A program made the position numbers and the translations under genes. 64,000 bases of DNA from a virus (lineage: Duplodnaviria; Caudoviricetes): positions 24,926 to 88,925 of the IMG/VR virus record IMGVR_UViG_3300027627_000003. The stretch is one strand, 5' to 3'. Below the pieces are notes generated by a model. It did not search any database. It was not told the origin of the DNA and saw only the letters and a list, made by a program, of their open reading frames with translations. Each line of letters opens with the position of its first letter. Position 1 is the first letter of the stretch. Below, piece by piece: positions 10,184 to 19,850 of the stretch.

Positions 10184-10207
10184 TTCTTAACCTCTTTTAA
10201 TAAAAGT

Positions 10208-10232
10208 GGAGGTGGCGAAAAATCACCCCTCC
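10208..10232 (-). terminator. hairpin, terminator-like, upstream of the exported-protein gene
   Basis: GGAGGGGTGA-loop-GCCACCTCC stem followed by ACTTTTATT on the minus strand. Confidence 0.4.
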
Positions 10233-10349
10233 AAAAACAATAAACAAGGGTTCGCTTCCCTAGCTTACCAAGCCTTTGACGGTTTTTCTAGCTTTTTTAG
10301 TTAGATTAACTGACTGGCTAGGTTCTTAATTTGAGTTTGGAGGCTATTT

Positions 10350-11465
10350 ATGGATAAGTTTTTTATTACTTTGTTGTTTTTTATTATTAGTTGTAATCCT
10401 ACCTATAATATTAATGTGTTTCCAAAACCTTCACACCCATCACCTAATACTTCATATATTTATGATATTAACTCTAATGGTTTCATTACTGTAAATAACA
10501 CACCTACCAATTTAAAAGGATTAAACTGGTTCGGTTTAGAAAATCAAGATCTCAAATTACATGGTTTGTGGATTGGCGAACCTATCTCCTTTTTTTTAGA
10601 TAAAATAAAATCTCTTGGTTTTAATGCCCTCCGCATTCCTGTTGTAAAAGAAACTCTAGATTCTAAGTCTCAAGGATCTGATGGATATAATACGCCGCAA
10701 GACGAACTTGAGGATTTATTAAATTTATCCGCGCAGCGAGATATTTTTGTCGTACTTGATCTACATAAATGCAGTAAAGACGATAAAATGTTTGATAAAC
10801 CGGCACCTGGAAAGGGACCGTGTGAAAAGACGCTGCCAGTAAATTTATGGATTGAACAATTAAAAAAACTTGCTGTCATCTCGTTAGAACATAAAAATGT
10901 CATTGCAATTGATCTGTTTAACGAGCCGTGGGGTTTGACGTGGAATGAGTGGAAAAACTTATCGGAACAAGCAGCAAAAGCTATATTAGAAATTAATCCG
11001 AACGTATTACTATTTGTCGAAGGTGTTTCTGATTTAGGGGCAGCGCCAGATAATATACCTTCTTTTTGGGGTGAAAATTTACATCAAGCCTTAACCGATT
11101 TACCGAACATACCTCATAACAGGTTAGTTTTTTCACCACACATATATGGTCCTTCGGTTTCTAATCAGCCTTATTTTGAGGCACAAGAATTTCCATCAAA
11201 CATGGCAGCTATATGGGATTACCATTGGGGTTATTTACTTAACACTCAATACGCGGTCACTATTGGCGAGTGGGGAGGAAAATATGTTGATAAAGATAAA
11301 ATATGGGGAGATACTTTTGTTGATTATTTAGTAAACAAAAATGTTAAGTCTTTTTTCTATTGGAGCTTAAATCCAAATAGTGGCGATACAGGCGGCTTAT
11401 TAGAAGATGATTGGCGTACCGTAAACCCTAGCAAGTTGGCTCTTATTAAGCGTCTAGAGTTTTAA
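10350..11465 (+). CDS. glycoside hydrolase family 5 (endoglucanase-like), predicted lipoprotein
   Basis: LKGLNWFG, NALRIP, IDLFNEP (acid/base), SPHIYG and GEWGG (nucleophile); lipobox-like IISC. Confidence 0.9.
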   Translation: MDKFFITLLFFIISCNPTYNINVFPKPSHPSPNTSYIYDINSNGFITVNNTPTNLKGLNWFGLENQDLKLHGLWIGEPISFFLDKIKSLGFNALRIPVVKETLDSKSQGSDGYNTPQDELEDLLNLSAQRDIFVVLDLHKCSKDDKMFDKPAPGKGPCEKTLPVNLWIEQLKKLAVISLEHKNVIAIDLFNEPWGLTWNEWKNLSEQAAKAILEINPNVLLFVEGVSDLGAAPDNIPSFWGENLHQALTDLPNIPHNRLVFSPHIYGPSVSNQPYFEAQEFPSNMAAIWDYHWGYLLNTQYAVTIGEWGGKYVDKDKIWGDTFVDYLVNKNVKSFFYWSLNPNSGDTGGLLEDDWRTVNPSKLALIKRLEF

Positions 11466-12354
11466 GTATTAGATCGACTTGTTCAATTAATTTATGTAGA
11501 TTTTCTTCCCCTATCTCTTTAGAAAAAGAAGTTATGCGATTACGCAGAGTTTCTATTTCAAGAGTTCTGTTAGTAATTATCCTTTCTTTATTTTTTTTAT
11601 TAAATTTACCGATTTTATATTCTTCAAGTAGATCCCTCTCATAAGTTTCAATTTCCGAAAACAAACCTTCAACAACAGCATTTTGTATACTGCTGACGGT
11701 AGACGTATCGTCCTTCATTGCTATTTGATAGAGGCTAATATCTTTAGGATCGAAAATACTAATGATCTTTTCCAAGTTTTTTATTCGGTGCTTAAATTCA
11801 TCAGGTATATAGTAGACGCCGAGTTTTAAAGATAATCCGTTACATTCCTCTTGTACTACTTTGGTCAGCAGCCTAGCTATCTGGTCACCATCGGTAGATT
11901 GCTGCATGGCTTGAAATTCTTTTCTTATTTTTTCTTCAAGAACCGAGGACAAAGAATCCTTAAAAGTTAATTCGCCTGTACCCTTGTCGAGTATCGCAAC
12001 CAACTCTTTTTTGACCTCAAGATCAGCATCTAATTCCCTCTGACCATGAACGTAAAATTCTGAAATTTCAGGCGATACCGTCTTGGGACGATAAAAGCTG
12101 TCACTGGGCAATATGGACTTTAAGGTCCGCCCAAAACAGGTCTTATAGTCGTTCTTTGATAACAGATCTATATAACTACGCTTTTTTGTTATGATTTTAC
12201 CTTTATATTTCTTAGGTGGTTGGTTGTGAAGTTTTCCCATCTGTACTAACAGACGCTCAAGGCGTATACGCGAAGATATAAAGTCGGCTCGGACGTGCCA
12301 GTATATAATTGTACCCAACTGAAATTGTTGCTCTAACTTTAATGCCGTAGTCAT
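11446..12354 (-). CDS. hypothetical protein
   Basis: 302-aa ORF with RBS GGAG and its own sigma-28-type promoter. Confidence 0.65.
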   Translation of the reverse strand: MTTALKLEQQFQLGTIIYWHVRADFISSRIRLERLLVQMGKLHNQPPKKYKGKIITKKRSYIDLLSKNDYKTCFGRTLKSILPSDSFYRPKTVSPEISEFYVHGQRELDADLEVKKELVAILDKGTGELTFKDSLSSVLEEKIRKEFQAMQQSTDGDQIARLLTKVVQEECNGLSLKLGVYYIPDEFKHRIKNLEKIISIFDPKDISLYQIAMKDDTSTVSSIQNAVVEGLFSEIETYERDLLEEYKIGKFNKKNKERIITNRTLEIETLRNRITSFSKEIGEENLHKLIEQVDLILKTLDA

Positions 12355-12387
12355 AAGTCACTCCTAAGTAGTTTCTTCCTATACGAC

Positions 12388-12415
12388 TCATCGGAAATAG
12401 TATAAAAAAACTTTA
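12388..12415 (-). promoter_or_regulatory. sigma-28/FliA-type promoter
   Basis: TAAAGTTT-N12-TCCGATGA upstream of 12354. Confidence 0.55.
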
Positions 12416-12466
12416 ATTTTTGTGTTTTTCAATTATATTAATTAGTTACTGATGAAAAATAAAACT

Positions 12467-12493
12467 TAAGATTAATTTCTTTAATGCCGATAA
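12467..12493 (+). promoter_or_regulatory. sigma-28-type promoter (perfect -10, weak -35)
   Basis: TAAGATTA-N11-GCCGATAA just upstream of ATG 12502. Confidence 0.4.
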
Positions 12494-12501
12494 GAGGTTG
12501 T

Positions 12502-13119
12502 ATGAGATTTTTAAACAAAATATCTAACAGTGCTAAAGGTATTATTCAAAGCCTTGAAATATCTGAGGTCTTTGCTAGTAGCGGTGCGTCTCATTTACCT
12601 TTGCAAGAGTTCCTTAAGCTGGTACTTGGTGTGTTGCAGGGTACGGATTCTGTTTTGGTGGGGGGGTTAGCTCTAGCGGAGCACGCGAAGCCTAGAGCTA
12701 CTCAAGATTTAGATTTTGTTATTGTCTCTAAAGACATGGACGATATAGTAGCTTTGTTTGAGAGTAAGGGCTTCAAACAGACAGAAAACATGCCCTACAA
12801 CCAGCCAAAACGCGATATTGTTAAGTTTGAATACGAAGGTAGGGAAGTAGACTTCCTCTTTTTTAAAAGCAAGGAATTCGCTACACACCTTTTAAAAAGG
12901 GCAAAGCAAGCGACTATCTTGGGTAAGTCGGTAAAGATAGCCTCGGCAGAGGATCTCGTAATCACAAAATTAGCCTCTATGCGCTGGAAAGATAAAGCCG
13001 ACATAATGGCAATTAGATCAAAATCAGATACGCTTGATCTAAGCTATGTTAGAGATAGGCTTTGGGACCTTGGCATCACCGACCGCATTCAGTTTTTAAA
13101 ACTGCCGGTTGAAGACTAA
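12502..13119 (+). CDS. minimal nucleotidyltransferase (pol-beta superfamily)
   Basis: VLVGGLAL...RATQDLDF and VDFL motifs; start moved to the ATG after RBS AGAGG. Confidence 0.75.
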   Translation: MRFLNKISNSAKGIIQSLEISEVFASSGASHLPLQEFLKLVLGVLQGTDSVLVGGLALAEHAKPRATQDLDFVIVSKDMDDIVALFESKGFKQTENMPYNQPKRDIVKFEYEGREVDFLFFKSKEFATHLLKRAKQATILGKSVKIASAEDLVITKLASMRWKDKADIMAIRSKSDTLDLSYVRDRLWDLGITDRIQFLKLPVED

Positions 13120-13156
13120 AAAATCTAAAGGATTTGACGATAGTAGATAGTGCGCT

Positions 13157-13795
13157 TTGACTGTTGTGGAGGTAATTGATGTGTTTGATCGTGTAATGAG
13201 GGCTGTTGATGATTTTAGGGAGTTGCCGACCTTAGACCGTGTTGATTTAGAAATGAGAGCTGTCCTACATCAGGAGCGGTATACAAAAGAAAAAATTGAT
13301 TTAACGCAAATAGATCCCGTAACTTTAGAATACTTATGTGTAAATTATTTACGCCATGTCTGGTTTGGTAAATACGATAATTTCAAAAATAGAGAGCGTC
13401 TTAATGTAAGCGATTATTTACAATTTAGGTATCATATAGCTAAGTCTATAGCAGAAAAATATGAATGGTTATCACCAATCGCTTTTCGCCAATACCATAA
13501 AAAATTAAGAGAATTAACAACTAAAGAAGAAAATGTATTTGATCGCCACATAAACGAATTTTTACGTGAGCATAATTTTCATATTCCGATCCATCTTTGG
13601 CGTTGGTTTGGAGCACCTGGAGCATTTAGTAAAAAAAGTTGGGTGCCGCATAATCTGGAAGTCAAAGTTATGCAGGAAATCAAATTAGCACCTTCAGCAC
13701 TGTGTCAAAACTCAAGATCTGAATATGTAGTTTATTGCAGGGAATGGCTGGATTCTACTTGGAGTGATCTAAAGAAATTAATGGTAGACTTGTAA
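13157..13795 (+). CDS. hypothetical protein
   Basis: 212-aa ORF. Confidence 0.55.
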   Translation: MTVVEVIDVFDRVMRAVDDFRELPTLDRVDLEMRAVLHQERYTKEKIDLTQIDPVTLEYLCVNYLRHVWFGKYDNFKNRERLNVSDYLQFRYHIAKSIAEKYEWLSPIAFRQYHKKLRELTTKEENVFDRHINEFLREHNFHIPIHLWRWFGAPGAFSKKSWVPHNLEVKVMQEIKLAPSALCQNSRSEYVVYCREWLDSTWSDLKKLMVDL

Positions 13796-13796
13796 A

Positions 13797-14354
13797 TTAT
13801 TCTTCTTCCATTTCGATATCTTGCTCCACAAATTCAGGGATATAAAACCCTGGATTTGTGACTATTCCATACTTTTCAGCTTCGTCCATATCAAATAACC
13901 AATCGTTATCTTTAGCTGCTTTAACTTTTTTCTTAATCGTAGCAGCACTCAAATTGGTTCTTTTAACGATCAAGTCGTAAAGTATTGATGTCTCTTTTTC
14001 TAACTGTACGGCTGTGTTTTTATAACCTTCTGCGTGCTTACCTGTGCTTTCCTCAATAGACACTTCATGTATTAAAAAAGTCGAATACTTCGTAGCATAA
14101 CGCTCGTCAGCAGCCAAAAATAAAATTAAAGCAGCACTATAACATTCATCAAATGCCTGAGCGACTACCTCTATATTTTTTTGCTCTGATAATGTACGCA
14201 GAATTTCATAGATAGCAAAAGCAGATCTTGTACAACCACCTTGGGAATTTATGTAAAGGAGTAAGCGGTCCCCCGAATACTCCTCATGTAGAAACTTCAC
14301 TAACCGCTTGAGCGTTAGGTGGCTTATGAAATCATTGACGTAAAACATACTCAT
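13797..14354 (-). CDS. clpP: ClpP-like serine protease subunit
   Basis: LYINSQGG, catalytic Ser in CYSAA, His in FLIHE, and D.WL.M.EA.KYGI. Confidence 0.8.
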   Translation of the reverse strand: MSMFYVNDFISHLTLKRLVKFLHEEYSGDRLLLYINSQGGCTRSAFAIYEILRTLSEQKNIEVVAQAFDECYSAALILFLAADERYATKYSTFLIHEVSIEESTGKHAEGYKNTAVQLEKETSILYDLIVKRTNLSAATIKKKVKAAKDNDWLFDMDEAEKYGIVTNPGFYIPEFVEQDIEMEEE

Positions 14355-14460
14355 GATTATGGGCTTTCCGTACTTCTGCTAGTACATCTAATCTTAGAAC
14401 ACTCCTACACCAAAATAAAGCTATTAATAATAGATTATAACTTGTTGAAGTTATTTACTT

Positions 14461-14760
14461 TTAGTAGCCACAGTAGACCTCGATGTAAGCAGGGTTGCGA
14501 TCCGCTACGTTAACCCAAGCTAAGGTATCCATGTAAGCTACCGAGGCAGCATCGTCACCCATCCCATTCGCCCAGAATTCCGGTGACCCATCAGATCCAT
14601 CTGTGCCCACACACGTCATGTAAATAGAGTTACCGAAATTACCAGGATTCCAAAGATCTCCTTCCCACTTGCCTTGCCAAGTTGTCCAAGAGGCACGATC
14701 AAAAATGGGTTGAGCAAAACTTAAATTAGACAAAAAAACCGAAAATAGAAAAAATCTCAT
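14461..14760 (-). CDS. small secreted protein
   Basis: Signal peptide MRFFLFSVFLSNLSFA; RBS AAGGA. Confidence 0.6.
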   Translation of the reverse strand: MRFFLFSVFLSNLSFAQPIFDRASWTTWQGKWEGDLWNPGNFGNSIYMTCVGTDGSDGSPEFWANGMGDDAASVAYMDTLAWVNVADRNPAYIEVYCGY

Positions 14761-14827
14761 ATGAAATTTCCTTTCATTTTCAATTTAATCTCAACTAGAT
14801 TCATAGCACATATTTATTGGAGGTTTT

Positions 14828-15085
14828 GTGACAGAAAATGCAGAGGCACCGCAAGACGATATACAACTTATAATTGACAATTTTTTTGAAAAAGTCAGCC
14901 TATATATAAAAAAAGAATCTGTTTTGGTAAGATCAAAACACTTAAGATCAATTAAAGTTGATTATCCTCAAATAGAGGCGAAGGTACTTGATGGTGTCTA
15001 TCAGCAATTAATCCAAGAATCATTCAATATAGAAAACATTGAATTTTATCTTGAAAAATGGTTAAAATACCTTATTAACGACTGA
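14828..15085 (+). CDS. hypothetical protein
   Basis: 85 aa; GGAGG RBS before the GTG start. Confidence 0.55.
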   Translation: MTENAEAPQDDIQLIIDNFFEKVSLYIKKESVLVRSKHLRSIKVDYPQIEAKVLDGVYQQLIQESFNIENIEFYLEKWLKYLIND

Positions 15086-15113
15086 CGATTTTCACCTAAC
15101 CCTTTGAGGTAAC

Positions 15114-16033
15114 ATGACCGGTATAGATATTATAGCCATAACATATGGTCATACGGATATTTTGAAATGTTTTATTAACAGTATAAAAAGCCAAACAAAT
15201 AAAAACTGGACGCTACATATTGTTCATGATGGTCCCAATGTAGAATTAGGGAAAAATTTAATCGATGAAGGCTACGTCAAAGACCAAGTAAAATTTTATC
15301 AATCAAAAGAACGAGCAGGTAACTACGGTCATTACAAATGCGGACAACTATTATGTACCCGTAATGGTAGATGAAGTACTACAAAATAAAGACACTGATT
15401 TTATTTATTTTGACTGTGTGCATAATTATCCGCATTTCCATAACAAATCCAGTTATGGATATCTTAAAGCCGAACTAAAAATATGTTTTATAGATATGGG
15501 ATGCGTAGTGGTGCGTTCTATTTTAGCTAAAAAAGTAGGTTTTAATCACGTACACCACACGGCGGATTGGAAATATTTTGAGGAGATACTGGCACAACAA
15601 CCCAATATTAAACGTATAGGTGACATCCTCCCCGCCCTAAAGGACGGGGCTTCCCTTATGCCGCCTTGGCGGCATTTAGCGTCTCATGCCCGAGACGGGG
15701 TCGAACCCTTACACTTTAAGACCTAGCCGCTAGGGATATGGATCTCTCAGAGTTTTATTTTTTAGTTATTAGTTTTCTAAATACTTAGTTTTAACTACTA
15801 ACCTAATTGATTTTACGACCAGAAGGTAAGGATTCTCTGGTCAACCAAATATCAATTGTCAAAGAACAAACTAGTCGCCGAATGGCTACGAAAACTATTA
15901 ATAGTATTAATATTTAGGTTTATGTTGTCAACAATTATTTAGCGAGCTACGCTCGCAGAATACCTTATATCCCCGCCCTGAAGGACGGGGTCTTACGGTA
16001 TAGGATGATAAAATATTATTTGTACATAATTAA
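15114..16033 (+). pseudogene. GT2-family glycosyltransferase broken by an internal deletion/frameshift and an IS insertion
   Basis: N-part (...IVHDG...GNYGH) joins in another frame to ITNADNYYVPVMVDE at ~15327-15335; removing 15620-16007 restores the C-terminus IKRIDKILFVHN* (stop 16031-16033). Confidence 0.8.
15620..16007 (-). mobile_element. non-autonomous IS200/IS605 (TnpB-type) element, 388 bp
   Basis: Both subterminal hairpins (CCCCGCCCT.AAGGACGGGG); on the minus strand it follows TTTAT and ends GGGGAGGATGTCAC; no transposase or TnpB ORF; empty site restores the host reading frame. Confidence 0.85.
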
Positions 16034-16039
16034 AGTAAT

Positions 16040-16064
16040 CCCGCCCAGAAGGCGGGGAGGTCAC
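16040..16064 (+). terminator. IS-end-like hairpin between convergent genes
   Basis: CCCGCCCAGAAGGCGGGGAGGTCAC resembles the element right end; lies between the GT2 and Hsp20 stops. Confidence 0.45.
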
Positions 16065-16402
16065 TAATTAACTGGTATCTGCTGGGAACTAGATATATTT
16101 TTAGGTATTGTTACCATCAATACCCCTAAGTCTAGGGTAGCTGTAATACCCTCCGTCGTCCTAATATTGTCAGGTAATGTAAACCGTTCTCTATATAAGA
16201 ACGGTTTTTCTTTTGTCGTTCGTTCGCCTGTCAGATCTAAATAGCGACCAGTGACGCTGACGTTTACTTTATCTTTTGGAACTCCTGGCATATCGACTTC
16301 AACAAGCCAAGCATCTTTCGTCTCTCCAATCTTAGAAGTTTCAGAATTTAAAAGATAATTAAAAACAGACACATCTTTATGTAAGTCTTCAAATAATAGC
16401 AC
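16064..16402 (-). CDS. small heat-shock protein (Hsp20 family)
   Basis: VEVDMPGV.K..V.V, F.LP and ATLDLGVL.VTIPK alpha-crystallin signatures. Confidence 0.88.
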   Translation of the reverse strand: MLLFEDLHKDVSVFNYLLNSETSKIGETKDAWLVEVDMPGVPKDKVNVSVTGRYLDLTGERTTKEKPFLYRERFTLPDNIRTTEGITATLDLGVLMVTIPKNISSSQQIPVN

Positions 16403-16464
16403 AGTACCTCCTTTATGTTTTACATATAAAATATAAAGTCGGTATTAACTATGTCAAGTACACA

Positions 16465-16998
16465 TTAATGAAGAATGTAATCTTTATCAATTTCTTCTTC
16501 TGACTGTACAGGAAACAATAATCGAATATATTTTTTGTCTGCCTCTGTTAAATTAGGTACACGCTCTTTGAGTAAGAATAAATCCTTAATCGATCCTTCT
16601 ACATTAGAAGGATATAATTCTACTAACTCCCCGAAGAATACTTCAGTATTTACCTTTTTAAAGACTAAACTAATGATCCTTTTTACGTCCTTTGGACCAA
16701 TATATGAGACACTCAAACAGTCTTCGAGTGCATGTTCATCACTTTTTTCAGTTAGTCTGTACGATTCAGAAACAACATAATATTCCATTACATCGTAGGC
16801 GATAATAACTTTGGATATTAAAGTGAGAGAATCCTCTGGATCTTCATCTTCATTATTTACAATAGGCAATATGATTATGCCATCATGCTCAAATGAAGCG
16901 AATACTGTAGGCTGGATAGAACCATCTCGAAGTAGTAACTCTTTAGAGGAGACTAAGTATTCAAGCATCTTTTCAAGTACAAGATCCTTCTTGTCCAA
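16465..16998 (-). CDS. hypothetical protein
   Basis: 177 aa; GGAGG RBS with TTG start. Confidence 0.6.
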   Translation of the reverse strand: MDKKDLVLEKMLEYLVSSKELLLRDGSIQPTVFASFEHDGIIILPIVNNEDEDPEDSLTLISKVIIAYDVMEYYVVSESYRLTEKSDEHALEDCLSVSYIGPKDVKRIISLVFKKVNTEVFFGELVELYPSNVEGSIKDLFLLKERVPNLTEADKKYIRLLFPVQSEEEIDKDYILH

Positions 16999-17160
16999 AA
17001 TGCCTCCTACAGATTAGGTTTACATTTAATCTGTTAAAGGCTTATTAAATATTAAATAATCATCTAATTTTTCAAAATTAAATCCTTGAAAAATAGTCCC
17101 AAAGAAAAGTGTAGAACAACCAAGCCTGAATATAGAAATTCTTATTCAGGGTTATGTTGG

Positions 17161-17230
17161 TGGTGGGAGGGGTGAGGTTCGAACTCACTTAAGCCAAAGC
17201 TGCTGGATTTACAGTCCAGTGCGACTCGCG
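17161..17230 (-). tRNA. tRNA-Tyr(GTA) lacking a pairing 5' acceptor strand (pseudo/partial)
   Basis: Anticodon arm CTGGA-CTGTAAA-TCCAG, long variable arm, T-arm GTGAG-TTCGAAC-CTCAC and CCCTCCC-ACCA end; upstream sequence does not give GGGAGGG and the D-loop is reduced. Confidence 0.7.
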
Positions 17231-17345
17231 ACAGGCGTAACCACCTGATTTCCATTGTTAAAACTCTTATAGTCAACAGCCATATAGCGTTACTCCGTTG
17301 TTGTGTCGGGCGTATGTCATGACTTTCATGTACTCGGTCAAAGAT

Positions 17346-17852
17346 TTATCCAAGGCATTCCCCAATTCTCTTTTTAGCTATTTCAAAATAGGCATCGTCT
17401 TTTTCGATGCCGATAAAGCGCCTGCCAGTATCGAGACAGGCAACACCAGTGGAACCCGATCCCATGACGTTATCAAGGACAATCTCGCCCTCGTTTGTAT
17501 ATGTGCGGATTAAATATTCAAGTAAGGCGACGGGCTTTTGCGTAGGATGCAGCCCTCTCAAAGATTTTGATCTGTCCCGAGTAAACTCTAAAAAAGTTGT
17601 AGGGAATCGGTGTGTTGAAATTCTAGAGAAAGTCTGACTGCTTTGCCAAGGCAATGTTTTGGCTGATTTTTTAAACGAAGAAATTATTTTTAAAGGTTTT
17701 TCCCTTATTTTCATTTGTGGGTTGTAAGTAGGTGTTTTTTGATAAAAAACGAGAATTTCCTCAATAATTTTAAGAGGCATAAATTTTACATTACCAAGCC
17801 CAATGCCTTGCTCTTTCTTCCAAAACCATGAGTATCTTTTTAAATTAGGATG
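17346..17852 (-). pseudogene. 5'-truncated N6/N4 DNA methyltransferase (beta class)
   Basis: YSWFWKK, EEILVFY..TPTYNPQM, LHPTQKPVALLEYLI and VLDNVMGSGSTG present; DPPY motif region absent; frame closed by TGA at 17853-17855. Confidence 0.8.
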
Positions 17853-17962
17853 TCATAGTCGGTTAACTCCGGCTCAGTCCATGTTGCCTGCCAAGATGCT
17901 GGATCGTCGCTGTCTTCGCCGCCCGCCCATATGTTTTACTATAGAAAATGTGACAGGTAGCG

Positions 17963-18199
17963 TCAATAAAACTTCTTAGGTCCGTAGGCTATTTTATTTT
18001 CAATTAAGATGTTTTCTATTTCGCTTAGGCAAGCATTTACCTGTTTGTCCAGTTGGTCGGATGCTGATTCGGCTACTGTCATGATTCGGTCTTTTTCTTC
18101 AAAAACCCAATCCGCTATATCCGGTGTTAAATTTAAACAATGTTCAGCTAATACGACTTCCAAGTCATCCGTAGTTATAGTCCAGTCTAACGACACCAA
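17963..18199 (-). CDS. hypothetical protein
   Basis: 78 aa; AAGGAG RBS. Confidence 0.6.
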   Translation of the reverse strand: MVSLDWTITTDDLEVVLAEHCLNLTPDIADWVFEEKDRIMTVAESASDQLDKQVNACLSEIENILIENKIAYGPKKFY

Positions 18200-18343
18200 A
18201 ATTCTCCTTATGTCAGTTATTATAACCTAATCTAAAATAGATTTAATTAGCAAAAATAGACAGAACAAAACAAGTACCTTATTTGTGCGGAAACAGCAGA
18301 AAAAATATATTATAAAATCAAAATACAACCTAAAAAGTTTAAA

Positions 18344-18832
18344 ATGATCAGAAAAGCAAAAGCTACCGACGTAAAAGAAATAATCACACTAGCTAAAAGT
18401 ACTAAAATTTTTACTAATGATGAAATCTTGTGTCTAGATAGCGACCTACAAGAATATTTTGCAGCCAAAAATGACGACACAATATTAGTATATGAAATAG
18501 ATAAAAAAATATTAGGTTTTACACAATTTGGACCTCTACCTATCACAGATAATTCTTGGATGCTTCATTGGATAGCAGTATCCAAACAAGAACAAAAAGC
18601 AGGGATAGGTAAGAAATTAATACAAAGAGCAGAGGCTACAGCTAAGAAAAAAAGAGCCAGAATTATGTTTATTGAAACCTCATCTAAAGATGAGTTTGAA
18701 GTTCCTAGAAATTTTTATATGCGAAACGGCTTTATGCCAATTTCTGTTGTCACAGACTACTACGGGATATATGATAGTAAAGTTATTTTTTCAAAAAACT
18801 TTATGGATCTATGCCCACGCATAATTGATTAG
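18344..18832 (+). CDS. GNAT-family N-acetyltransferase
   Basis: WIAVS...QKAGIGKKLI acetyl-CoA motif and RNFY.RNGF. Confidence 0.88.
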   Translation: MIRKAKATDVKEIITLAKSTKIFTNDEILCLDSDLQEYFAAKNDDTILVYEIDKKILGFTQFGPLPITDNSWMLHWIAVSKQEQKAGIGKKLIQRAEATAKKKRARIMFIETSSKDEFEVPRNFYMRNGFMPISVVTDYYGIYDSKVIFSKNFMDLCPRIID

Positions 18833-18843
18833 GAGCATTTAGA

Positions 18844-19296
18844 ATGAAACTCGCCAATCTAAAAGAAGAAGTAACTATTCCTTTAGGGTTTTTAGTTAGT
18901 GGTCCCGATGAAAATATACATAAAAAAGTCTGTGAATTTTACGGAAAATCAAGTTTAGAAGACCCCATTACGTTAGAAGCCAATGTAGGTAATTGGGTTT
19001 TTGATATTTTCACTAATATGAAGGAACTGCCTAAAGCGCCGTATTATAGATCGCTAGAGAAGAATAAGCGTGCACGACTGGCAGAGGATTTTGCCTCAAA
19101 CGATACGCTGGACCTAACAGAGGATGTCGAAACAGCTTTGAGAGACGCACTAAAAGAAGACGACAAATGGGACAAAATTAAACTCTCAGTCTCTTTTAAA
19201 GTTGGGGATGAAACGCGCTATGATCTTTTATCCTCTGGAGCTATTGAGCTTTTCGGTAAAATACAAGAAGAAATTCTTAAGGTCTGTAACGAATGA
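18844..19296 (+). CDS. hypothetical protein
   Basis: 150 aa with RBS. Confidence 0.6.
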   Translation: MKLANLKEEVTIPLGFLVSGPDENIHKKVCEFYGKSSLEDPITLEANVGNWVFDIFTNMKELPKAPYYRSLEKNKRARLAEDFASNDTLDLTEDVETALRDALKEDDKWDKIKLSVSFKVGDETRYDLLSSGAIELFGKIQEEILKVCNE

Positions 19297-19817
19297 ATCC
19301 CGAAAAAGATAAATACCTCTGCGAGAAATACCCTAAGATATTTGCTGACCGCAGTAAGTCTATCTATCAAAGCTGTATGGGATGGGGATTTGAACACGGT
19401 GATGGTTGGTTTCATATCATAGACACCTTATGCCAAAATATTCAGCACCATATAGATTCGTGTAATGAAAATAATCGCAAAAATGCTGAATATAACTTGA
19501 TGATTGAAGATGCAAAAAAAGGCAATTGGGATGCCTATAATGAATATTATAAAGACTTTGAGAACAAAGCCTTAAAAGATGCCATCCACGATACGCCTAG
19601 AAGGGTTACCGACGATGTACCACCCCAAGTTGTGGCTAGGCAAGTGAAAGAAAAATACGGAGGGTTGTGTTTTTATTATAGTGGCGGTGATGAATATATA
19701 GAAGGATTAGTGTCCATGGCGGAAGCCATTAGTTACCGAATCTGCGAAAAATGTGGTAATCCAGGCAGCACAAATAAAAATGGTTGGATAAGTACGCTTT
19801 GTGAATCTTGCCGTTAA
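19293..19817 (+). CDS. conserved-type phage hypothetical protein
   Basis: YPKIF...GF.HGDGW..II..LC and QVKEKYGGL.FY...CE.CG..G pattern common in myovirus genomes. Confidence 0.7.
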   Translation: MNPEKDKYLCEKYPKIFADRSKSIYQSCMGWGFEHGDGWFHIIDTLCQNIQHHIDSCNENNRKNAEYNLMIEDAKKGNWDAYNEYYKDFENKALKDAIHDTPRRVTDDVPPQVVARQVKEKYGGLCFYYSGGDEYIEGLVSMAEAISYRICEKCGNPGSTNKNGWISTLCESCR

Positions 19818-19850
19818 AGATTCTATTAGAATCATTTATTTGAGGGTTTA

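Noticed and set aside
15620-16007. Self-splicing IStron in the GT2 gene
   Set aside because: The element is antisense to the host gene and no group I core is recognisable.
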